From: a virus
Taxonomy: Duplodnaviria > Caudoviricetes
IMG/VR virus record: IMGVR_UViG_3300029318_000094
Location: 1-24,590 of that record
Length of the DNA: 24,590 nt
Reading direction: 5' to 3' (one strand)
A program made the translations under genes and the position numbers. This document shows, in pieces, positions 1-6,116 of this stretch. The notes beneath the pieces were generated by a model, which did no database searches, had not been told where the DNA came from, and saw nothing but the letters and a program-made list of their open reading frames with translations. Positions within the stretch are counted from its first letter, which is position 1, and every line of letters starts with the position of its first letter.

Positions 1-119
1 TTGCCGTTGATAATTGGAACGTAACTATATTGTTGTATAGCACTGCAGGAGACACAATTACTATAACCTAAGGCGATACGACCAGCCGGTATTATATTTG
101 AACATTTACATTTTTTCAT
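1..119 (-). CDS. TraR/DksA-type C4 zinc-finger-like small protein (3'-truncated by window edge; not in ORF track)
   Basis: Manual translation from the ATG at 119 gives MKKCKCSNIIPAGRIALGYSNCVSCSAIQQYSYVPIING... The C-x-C..IP..R..L....CVxC pattern resembles the DksA/TraR zinc finger. It lies directly downstream of promoter-motif copy 1. Confidence 0.65.
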   Translation of the reverse strand, partial: MKKCKCSNIIPAGRIALGYSNCVSCSAIQQYSYVPIING

Positions 120-126
120 ACACATA

Positions 127-158
127 TATTATCCAATTGAGTTCGTGTTTAGTCTGTA
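127..158 (-). promoter_or_regulatory. Repeated putative phage early promoter, copy 1
   Basis: Minus strand reads TACAGACTAAACACGA-N8-GGATAATA; 7 nt separate it from the ATG at 119. Confidence 0.7.
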
Positions 159-361
159 CTTGGGTTAGCTTCTAACCAATTCAGCATATATTCAATTGTT
201 CTTCTCATTATTGCTGTTTTTACTTGTTGATAGTCGTCACCCTCTAAGTTTTCTATTTCAGGTATACCATCAACAGCCCAGTCAATTGAGTCGTCTAATT
301 GTTCTAAACACACTTCGTGTAAGTATTCTGCTACTCTGTCTATTTCTTTCATTTTACCCAT
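149..361 (-). CDS. Hypothetical acidic early protein (about 70 aa)
   Basis: ORF track 149..379. The start was moved to the ATG at 361 (MGKMKEID...), which overlaps the end of the upstream gene. Confidence 0.7.
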   Translation of the reverse strand: MGKMKEIDRVAEYLHEVCLEQLDDSIDWAVDGIPEIENLEGDDYQQVKTAIMRRTIEYMLNWLEANPSTD

Positions 362-554
362 TTGTATAATCTTTTTCAATTGTTAAACCTAATTCATTTG
401 CAACATAGTTAATATGTTTTTGAGTTGTTACACTCCACCATCCGTGTTGTATTAACTTTCCCGGATATTCGATCGTTGCGACGTGTGTTGAGTAAGACCA
501 TATATCATTACCAACTCGTCTTAAATTTTCTTTATATCTATTAAACTTTCTCAT
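354..554 (-). CDS. Hypothetical phage protein (66 aa; SYxTHVA...WWSVTTQKHIN motif)
   Basis: ORF track 354..617. The likely start is the ATG at 554 (MRKFNRYK), overlapping the stop region of the previous gene. The motif type is familiar from small phage proteins, but the function is unknown. Confidence 0.75.
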   Translation of the reverse strand: MRKFNRYKENLRRVGNDIWSYSTHVATIEYPGKLIQHGWWSVTTQKHINYVANELGLTIEKDYTNG

Positions 555-750
555 ATAATTCTTTATTTGCGTTAGCGAGAGCTTGTCTCCACTCCCATTC
601 TTTTTTCCTGTACTCATAGCTATTACACCACTTGTACCATGCTCTTGTTAAGTTGTTAGAGCCATACTTTGCTTCAAACTCTTCAACTTGCTTTAGCTTG
701 TTAGCTATTTTTACTGGGTCAAAATCTTTAAATTGTGTCAACTTTTTCAT
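541..750 (-). CDS. Hypothetical early protein (69 aa)
   Basis: ORF track 541..804; likely start is the ATG at 750 (MKKLTQFK). It has short overlaps with both neighbours. Confidence 0.7.
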   Translation of the reverse strand: MKKLTQFKDFDPVKIANKLKQVEEFEAKYGSNNLTRAWYKWCNSYEYRKKEWEWRQALANANKELYEKV

Positions 751-976
751 CTGTAAATAGTTTATTTCCGTATTTAAAATCAACTCTATCCCACTCGAAT
801 TCATTTACATCACCCCAGATTAGTAAATCTTTGATAGTACGCATAGTTAAGTCATTGTACATAGTAAATCTGTGTAGTTCAGCAATTACTTCGCGTGGAC
901 CCAACTCATATTTCTGTGAGTTTTGTTTTAGCTTTGCTTTGATTTCTGGCTTTAGTCTTTGGTATAGTGTTTTCAT
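728..976 (-). CDS. Hypothetical early protein (82 aa)
   Basis: ORF track 728..1009. The likely start is the ATG at 976 (MKTLYQRL), after an A-rich leader and downstream of promoter copy 2. Confidence 0.75.
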   Translation of the reverse strand: MKTLYQRLKPEIKAKLKQNSQKYELGPREVIAELHRFTMYNDLTMRTIKDLLIWGDVNEFEWDRVDFKYGNKLFTDEKVDTI

Positions 977-999
977 ATTATTATTATTTGTTACATTAT

Positions 1000-1031
1000 T
1001 ATTATCCAATCTTATTCGTGTTTAGTCTGTA
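1000..1031 (-). promoter_or_regulatory. Repeated putative phage early promoter, copy 2
   Basis: Reads TACAGACTAAACACGA-N8-GGATAATA, with both blocks identical to copy 1. It is embedded in the 3' end of ORF 1002..1244. Confidence 0.7.
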
Positions 1032-1244
1032 ATAGTCATTCCACCTGTGATTATAAGCATATTGTTTACCTTTAGTATAACTCTTTTTACCTTCTACTTT
1101 GTATCTTCTTCCACCCATTCCTTTACACTCACCATATACTTTTAGTATTTCAGTATGGTTATGACTTCTTTGTTTTCTTTTCATTTTATTGTAAGCAATT
1201 AATTCTTTCATTGACCTACATACATAGTATATTTCACCTTTCAT
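1002..1244 (-). CDS. Hypothetical basic early protein (80 aa)
   Basis: ORF track; ATG start; co-oriented with the rest of the cluster. Confidence 0.6.
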   Translation of the reverse strand: MKGEIYYVCRSMKELIAYNKMKRKQRSHNHTEILKVYGECKGMGGRRYKVEGKKSYTKGKQYAYNHRWNDYYRLNTNKIG

Positions 1245-1314
1245 TTCTTAAATCTTTTATATATGTTATACTTCCGTCTTTATTTATTATGTACCAATTC
1301 TTATCTATACACAT
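1234..1314 (-). CDS. Putative 26-aa mini-protein (not in ORF track)
   Basis: Manual translation gives MCIDKNWYIINKDGSITYIKDLRNER*. It fills the gap between ORFs 1318..1536 and 1002..1244 and overlaps the start of the latter. Confidence 0.4.
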   Translation of the reverse strand: MCIDKNWYIINKDGSITYIKDLRNER

Positions 1315-1317
1315 AGT

Positions 1318-1536
1318 TTACTTATTTAATTCAGTTAATATATCTTCTAACATTTCTATGCTTGTTGATTTTAATCTTTCGTCAAACCACTCTTGATTTA
1401 CTATATTATTATTTAATATATAGTTACATATTATTGTTTCATTGTTTACGTCTTCTTCACTTCCCCAATAGTCTTTAACTTCTTTGTGTTTAACTATTTC
1501 GTTTTTAGTAAATTCTATAATTTCTTTTTTATTCAT
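1318..1536 (-). CDS. Hypothetical early protein (72 aa)
   Basis: ORF track; ATG start overlapping the end of the upstream ORF. Confidence 0.6.
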   Translation of the reverse strand: MNKKEIIEFTKNEIVKHKEVKDYWGSEEDVNNETIICNYILNNNIVNQEWFDERLKSTSIEMLEDILTELNK

Positions 1537-1723
1537 TGTCTTGGTATATTTGGTTTAATATTTGTTTAAGTGCTATTTTCTTTGTTTTCTTATCTTCTAT
1601 GTTGTAATGAGTATTAAGTATAAATTTAATATTTTTCTTAACAGTTTTTTTATCATCACCTAATTCTATTAACTCTTTAATTAGCTTTAATTTTTTTCTA
1701 TCTAAGTAATATTTATTATTCAC
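1529..1723 (-). CDS. Hypothetical lysine-rich early protein (64 aa, GTG start)
   Basis: ORF track; first ORF downstream of promoter copy 3; very AT-rich. Confidence 0.5.
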   Translation of the reverse strand: MNNKYYLDRKKLKLIKELIELGDDKKTVKKNIKFILNTHYNIEDKKTKKIALKQILNQIYQDNE

Positions 1724-1751
1724 TTTATTTATTTTTTTATAGTTACATACA

Positions 1752-1783
1752 TATTATCCATTTGCTTTCGTATTTAGCTTGTA
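1752..1783 (-). promoter_or_regulatory. Repeated putative phage early promoter, copy 3
   Basis: Minus strand reads TACAAGCTAAATACGA-N8-GGATAATA. Confidence 0.7.
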
Positions 1784-1863
1784 CAAAAGTAGTTAATTTG
1801 TTTAATAGTAAATAAAGTATTGTAGGTATTGTACTAAGTCTCTTTGTGTATAAAGTAGTTTTA

Positions 1864-1909
1864 GTGACATTAGGTAGTAAATATAGTAATAATAAATAGC
1901 AAATGTCAC
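1864..1909. repeat. Spaced inverted repeat, copy A (GTGACATTAGGTA...TAGCAAATGTCAC)
   Basis: Perfect 8-bp arms GTGACATT/AATGTCAC (11 of 13 when extended) around an AT-rich spacer. A second copy lies at 2832-2876. Confidence 0.7.
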
Positions 1910-1922
1910 ACTATTTACCTAA

Positions 1923-1966
1923 ATGACGCAATGTCATGTTAGTAACTTGATATGACAATACGACAT
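1923..1966. repeat. Tandem 15-bp palindromes ATGACGCAATGTCAT (1923-1937) and ATGACAATACGACAT (1952-1966)
   Basis: Both follow ATGAC-N5-GTCAT (the second has one mismatch), 29 bp apart, and share the TGAC core of the larger inverted repeats. Confidence 0.55.
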
Positions 1967-1990
1967 ACGGTGAATTTCCGGCACAGTTTT

Positions 1991-2020
1991 TGCTATACGC
2001 AATGCTATACATTGCTATAC
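1991..2020. repeat. Three direct copies of TGCTATAC
   Basis: Exact 8-mer at 1991, 2003 and 2013 in intergenic DNA. Confidence 0.75.
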
Positions 2021-2070
2021 AGCTTCACCCAAGCCGTAGCTCAGGTTGCTGTTGAGGATGAGTTTCTCTT

Positions 2071-2376
2071 TTACTTTTCTAGTTCAACTCTTTCAAGTAC
2101 TACATCTCTCACATTAGTTGGCATGTCTGTGGACTGTGACCAGTAACCTCTCTTTAACCAGCATGGCATTATGCTTAGCTTTGGCAACATTACTTTAAGA
2201 ACCTCGTCGTGATTGTAAGTAATCTTTTGATTCTTGTTATTAGTAAAGGTTATTATCTGACCTCTCCCTTGCCATGACTTTCTTACTACAAAATTCTTTC
2301 TTGTTATTGGCGGAAAGATTTCTTTTAATTCTTTCTTGCTTAGTTTACTAATTGCTTGATTTAATTTAGTGTTCAT
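2071..2376 (-). CDS. Hypothetical early protein (101 aa)
   Basis: ORF track; ATG after an A/T-rich leader, downstream of promoter copy 4. Confidence 0.8.
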   Translation of the reverse strand: MNTKLNQAISKLSKKELKEIFPPITRKNFVVRKSWQGRGQIITFTNNKNQKITYNHDEVLKVMLPKLSIMPCWLKRGYWSQSTDMPTNVRDVVLERVELEK

Positions 2377-2410
2377 AATATTTAATTTTATTTGTTATAC
2401 TTATTTACTT

Positions 2411-2442
2411 TATTATCCTTTTAGTTACGTATTTACTTTGTA
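2411..2442 (-). promoter_or_regulatory. Repeated putative phage early promoter, copy 4
   Basis: Minus strand reads TACAAAGTAAATACGT-N8-GGATAATA. Confidence 0.65.
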
Positions 2443-2444
2443 CT

Positions 2445-2579
2445 CTACCAACCGCCGAACGTTATCGTGTAGTCGTTAAACATCAGATGATAGACGAGGT
2501 TAACGAATCCGAACGCGAACAGCGTCGTTAATCCTATTAAAACCGTGTTGATTGCGTAGTGTGAGAATTTTCTTTTCAT
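2445..2579 (-). CDS. Small single-pass membrane protein, 44 aa (not in ORF track)
   Basis: Manual translation gives MKRKFSHYAINTVLIGLTTLFAFGFVNLVYHLMF NDYTITFGGW*, a basic N-terminus followed by a hydrophobic span. It fits between promoter copies 5 and 4. Confidence 0.65.
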   Translation of the reverse strand: MKRKFSHYAINTVLIGLTTLFAFGFVNLVYHLMFNDYTITFGGW

Positions 2580-2623
2580 AATGTATTATTTTTATTAGTT
2601 ATTTTCTTAGTTATTTACATACT

Positions 2624-2655
2624 TATTATCCATAGTGTCTCGTGTTACGCACGTA
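2624..2655 (-). promoter_or_regulatory. Repeated putative phage early promoter, copy 5 (most divergent)
   Basis: Minus strand reads TACGTGCGTAACACGA-N8-GGATAATA. Confidence 0.6.
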
Positions 2656-2830
2656 AAAAGGCGAAACATCCGGAGCAAAACGTCGGAAACAGGGGCCGGT
2701 GGGGTAAAAAAAAGCGTTTTAGCTGAGGTGGTACGGGGGTAATACGTATGTGTAACCCATTTACTCATTATTTGTAACCTATCTTATAATATACGTATCT
2801 TATAATAAATAATGTTATTATTTATTTATA
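2656..2830. other. Non-coding strand-switch region: G-rich island followed by an AT-rich tract with a 12-bp direct repeat
   Basis: Manual counts give 44/80 G+C at 2661-2740 versus 13/100 at 2801-2900. TATCTTATAATA occurs at 2780-2791 and 2796-2807. Genes diverge from this point. Confidence 0.6.
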
Positions 2831-2831
2831 T

Positions 2832-2876
2832 ATGACATTAGATATAATTATATAAATAGTAAGTAGCAAGTGTCAC
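2832..2876. repeat. Spaced inverted repeat, copy B (ATGACATTAGATA...TAGCAAGTGTCAC)
   Basis: Arms are similar to copy A at 1864-1909 and the span is nearly the same (45 vs 46 bp). Confidence 0.7.
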
Positions 2877-2914
2877 ATTATTAAAATTTTTAATTTACAA
2901 GTGATTATATACAT

Positions 2915-3145
2915 ATGGCACAGAAATTAACACCCACAGCACGTAGAAAGAAAGCTACGAGAGACAAAAAATACGCTATGACTGAATGGGGTAAGTATAA
3001 AAAACGTACTGCTCAGAAGAAAAAGTGTAAAAAGGGTTATGATTATGACCATAGGCTCAAAAAGTGTGTAAAATCCTCTAAAAATAGAGCCGGAGGCAAA
3101 GGAGGTACTAAAAACGAAAAGACCAAAAAGCGTTACGGGTACTAA
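2915..3145 (+). CDS. Small, very basic protein with degenerate HNH-like motif (DYDH...KNRA)
   Basis: ORF track; K/R-rich; first gene of the plus-strand block. The HNH resemblance is weak. Confidence 0.65.
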   Translation: MAQKLTPTARRKKATRDKKYAMTEWGKYKKRTAQKKKCKKGYDYDHRLKKCVKSSKNRAGGKGGTKNEKTKKRYGY

Positions 3146-3189
3146 AACCATACAATTTTGCACCATAACACTAATAAAAACCAAAACCA

Positions 3190-3477
3190 ATGACATTTTA
3201 TTACAAAACCTACTCTTGGTCACAAGGTGATGCAGGAGTGCCCGAAGAAACCAGAAAGCTTTGGGAACACATTTCAGACAAAAAGAACTGGAGAATTGTT
3301 CAACTACCAAATGGCTTCTATCAAGCCGAATATATTGATCTAGATGAAACCTGGGTCGATGTTACGAGGCGAGAAACGATAGAATCAGCTGAAAATGCTA
3401 TTGATGGAAGCATCGATCATTATAAAAAGAAGCTGGATTTCTTAAAAGGACCAAAAGTAGTAAAAACTTTCGAATAA
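3190..3477 (+). CDS. Hypothetical phage protein (95 aa)
   Basis: ORF track; ATG after an A/C-rich leader; globular composition. Confidence 0.8.
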   Translation: MTFYYKTYSWSQGDAGVPEETRKLWEHISDKKNWRIVQLPNGFYQAEYIDLDETWVDVTRRETIESAENAIDGSIDHYKKKLDFLKGPKVVKTFE

Positions 3478-3504
3478 TAACCACTAACTAATAAATTTAA
3501 TTAA

Positions 3505-5070
3505 ATGGAATATAATAATCCTAGTGAGATAGTAAAAAATCTGTCTTTCGGGGCAGATGCAAAAGATAAAATAATGCACGGGGTTGATAAACTAGCTGAC
3601 GCAGTAAAGTCAACCCTTGGTGCTTCAGGAAAATGCGTGATATATGAAGACGCATTAGGTCGGCCGGTTATAACAAAAGATGGTGTAACGGTAGCAGAAT
3701 CCGTAGTCTTATATGATCCGGTCGAAAATATAGGCGCTACCCTAATAAAGGAAGCGGCTAGGAATACAGTCAAAGAAGCTGGAGACGGCACAACAACAGC
3801 GACAGTGCTTGCGCAGGCATTGTTGCATTTAGCATATGCAAAGATCGGTAGCGAAGGTATACGTGATGTAAAATTAGGTATATCTTCCGCTCTCGATAAA
3901 GTGACTAAGCACTTACAGGAGGAAGCAATTCCCGTCAAGGATGACATGTTAAGATCCGTGAGTGCTATTAGTTGCAATAATGACGCAGCTCTTGGGGACA
4001 TTATATCGCAAGCTTATTCAAAAGTTGGAAAGGATGGTGTCGTTCTTATGGAAGAGTCTGAGACCCATGACACTCAAGTAGTATTTGTTGAGGGCACAAG
4101 AATCAGTTGCGGGCTCAAATCGCCACATTTTATAACAGATAAGGATAAAGGTAAGGCAGTACTAGACAATCCGTACGTACTAATAGTTACTTCGCCAATA
4201 CCAAATATACGTAAAATACAAAATGTATTGGAGTTTGTTATTAAAAAGAAAAGGAGTTTATTAATCGTTGCAGGCGTAGAACAACAACCTTTAGCAGCTT
4301 TATTAGCTAATAAGGTAAAAGGCAATATAAAAGTTAATGTTGTAGATCTGCCTGGGTTCGGTCCAACTAAACAGGAAACTGTAGAAGACCTTGCGATATT
4401 AACCGGAGCAAAAATAATAAGTGAAGAACTTGGTGATGATTTAGATTTAATTGAGCCAGATGTACTTGGTGAAGTTAAACAAGCTATAACCGATGATAAA
4501 CATACAGTTCTTCAAACTATAGATCAAGGCGAAATTTCTAAAGAACGCGTTAAAAGCGTTGAAAAGAAAATAAAAAAAGAAAAAAATCCGTTCTTTAAGA
4601 AGAAGCTACAAGAACGTTTAGCCATGCTAAATGGGCAAGTAGCGATGATTAAAGTCGGAGCCGATTCTAAAATTGAATTAAAAGAAAAGAAAGATAGAGT
4701 TGAAGACGCTATATATGCAACTAAAGCAGCACTACAAGAAGGAATAGTATCTGGAGGGGGTGTTGCATTATTAGATGCTCATTATAGTATACAACCTGAA
4801 AATGAAGGCGAACGTATTTTATTAGAAGCTATAAAAGCTCCATATAAAACTATTTTAGAAAACGCTAACTTAGAATATAAAGAAACAGGTAAACAAGGTA
4901 CTGGTGTTAATGTTGTATGTAACAAATCAGTAAACATGATTAAAGCTGGCATTATTGATCCTGTACTAGTAACTAAAACGGCACTAAAGAATGCAGTTAG
5001 TGTTGTTAATACTATAATTTCTGCAGATTGTATAATTTCTAATATAAGAGTAGATAATGCAAGCAGTTAA
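3505..5070 (+). CDS. groEL: Phage-encoded group I chaperonin GroEL (Cpn60), 521 aa
   Basis: Signature motifs LADAVKSTLG, ITKDGVTVA, AGDGTTTATVLA, PGFG, LQERLA, KEKKDRVEDA, EGIVSGGG and GIIDP. There is no C-terminal GGM tail. Confidence 0.97.
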   Translation: MEYNNPSEIVKNLSFGADAKDKIMHGVDKLADAVKSTLGASGKCVIYEDALGRPVITKDGVTVAESVVLYDPVENIGATLIKEAARNTVKEAGDGTTTATVLAQALLHLAYAKIGSEGIRDVKLGISSALDKVTKHLQEEAIPVKDDMLRSVSAISCNNDAALGDIISQAYSKVGKDGVVLMEESETHDTQVVFVEGTRISCGLKSPHFITDKDKGKAVLDNPYVLIVTSPIPNIRKIQNVLEFVIKKKRSLLIVAGVEQQPLAALLANKVKGNIKVNVVDLPGFGPTKQETVEDLAILTGAKIISEELGDDLDLIEPDVLGEVKQAITDDKHTVLQTIDQGEISKERVKSVEKKIKKEKNPFFKKKLQERLAMLNGQVAMIKVGADSKIELKEKKDRVEDAIYATKAALQEGIVSGGGVALLDAHYSIQPENEGERILLEAIKAPYKTILENANLEYKETGKQGTGVNVVCNKSVNMIKAGIIDPVLVTKTALKNAVSVVNTIISADCIISNIRVDNASS

Positions 5071-5314
5071 TATATTCGTAGTTATAGAAAAAATAAAGGA
5101 AGCGCCGAAGAAAGTAGGTGGCTTAGAACTTACCGAAGATCAAAATAAAGATGTTAGATATTTAAAAGGTAAGGTTATATCTGCAGGCCCTTTAGCTGAA
5201 GGTATAAAAAAAGATGATATAGTTAGATATGATAAGCATGCGGGTCATGGTATTGAATGGAAAGATAAACTATATTACGTTATAACTATTCGCGATATAG
5301 TTTTAGTTGAATGA
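5057..5314 (+). CDS. groES: Co-chaperonin GroES (Cpn10), 85 aa
   Basis: Mobile-loop-like KKVGGLELTE, plus GKVISAG, IKKDDIVRYDKHAG and terminal DIVLV. It overlaps the 3' end of groEL. Confidence 0.88.
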   Translation: MQAVNIFVVIEKIKEAPKKVGGLELTEDQNKDVRYLKGKVISAGPLAEGIKKDDIVRYDKHAGHGIEWKDKLYYVITIRDIVLVE

Positions 5315-5751
5315 GACTAGAGGCGAACGATATTAGAGAATTAAATTTATTAAAGTATTATAGGCTCATTCGTAAATGGGCCTGTAAAACTTATGGACTA
5401 AAAGATGCTGATTTAGAACTTTTAGTCTATTTAGATTGCAAATCGCGATTTACACGTAATGAATTTATAGAAGGCGTATATACATACTCATGGGATAAAA
5501 ATCGATGGGAACGACTAAGAAAAAATGGTTGGATAGATGTATGGCGTCACAGAAATAGAAAAGACATAAAATACAGTATATACAAAACCTCATTTAAATG
5601 TAGTCAACTTATATCTCGTATATACAGAATAATGCTTGCGCAAGAAGACTTACCTACTAGCGAGCGTAGTGTATTTTATAGTAATAAATCATATACTGAT
5701 AAAGTTTATAATAAAGCTATAGATGATATGATTAAAGACAAAGATCGATAA
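5311..5751 (+). CDS. Hypothetical protein, possible MarR-like winged-HTH DNA-binding protein
   Basis: ATGA overlap with groES. The pattern YGLKDADLELLVYL...FTRNEF...WERLRKNGWI...YKTSFK resembles a winged HTH. Confidence 0.55.
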   Translation: MRLEANDIRELNLLKYYRLIRKWACKTYGLKDADLELLVYLDCKSRFTRNEFIEGVYTYSWDKNRWERLRKNGWIDVWRHRNRKDIKYSIYKTSFKCSQLISRIYRIMLAQEDLPTSERSVFYSNKSYTDKVYNKAIDDMIKDKDR

Positions 5752-6116
5752 TGGGCTACAAAATGAAAAGTAATATCCCCAAACTATTAGGTATAAATCC
5801 TGAGTTATCAACTTACGATATACCGGTATTTGAGAAAGACTTACCTAAAAATTTATGGGGTGCAGCTTTAATTGACAGAACGATACATATTAATAAAAAT
5901 ATAAGTGATGACAAAAAGAAGCATGCAGTAGAACATGAGATGATGCATGTTATGCAATTTAGATCTGGTCAAGTAAATTATGATAAGAAAAACATATATT
6001 GGAGAGCAACACCTTTTCAACCTATTCAAACTTTTATTAGATCAAAGTTAAAAGAAGGTAGTGCTTCGCTCCCATGGGAAAAAATAATATACGATAAAAC
6101 AGGAAAATATGCCTAA
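5751..6116 (+). CDS. Putative HEXXH zinc metallopeptidase (zincin, ImmA/IrrE-like minimal domain)
   Basis: Contains WGAA...TIHIN...KKHAVEHEMMH; TAATG coupling with the upstream gene. Confidence 0.7.
   Translation: MGYKMKSNIPKLLGINPELSTYDIPVFEKDLPKNLWGAALIDRTIHINKNISDDKKKHAVEHEMMHVMQFRSGQVNYDKKNIYWRATPFQPIQTFIRSKLKEGSASLPWEKIIYDKTGKYA

Noticed and set aside
1864-1921. H-type RNA pseudoknot (GTAAATA 1877-1883 pairing with TATTTAC 1912-1918)
   Set aside because: The pairing is AT-rich and likely due to chance, the connecting loop is only 2 nt, and the feature is not evident in copy B.
1784-2070. tRNA or known ribozyme in the intergenic gap
   Set aside because: I could not find a cloverleaf with a TTCRA T-loop or a hammerhead core (CTGANGA...GAAA) by eye.
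735-2146. Plus-strand ORFs 735..1025, 1211..1396 and 1952..2146
   Set aside because: They are antisense shadows of the minus-strand cluster or run through repeat-rich intergenic DNA, and their composition is implausible.
127-2655. 32-bp repeats as a CRISPR array
   Set aside because: Spacing is irregular (about 200-870 bp), the intervals contain genes, the repeat has a variable internal 8 nt, and there are no cas genes.
2690-2740. G-quadruplex in the G-rich island
   Set aside because: There are only three runs of three or more G, one separated by a long loop, so at best a weak two-tier structure is possible.
2915-3145. Active HNH homing endonuclease
   Set aside because: Only a partial DH...N pattern is present in a 76-aa low-complexity basic protein, which is insufficient for the call.
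3505-5314. Bacterial chromosomal groESL operon or host contamination
   Set aside because: The gene order is reversed, the sequence is divergent and lacks the tail, and the genes are overlap-coupled to phage-type genes on a contig with terminase and fibres.
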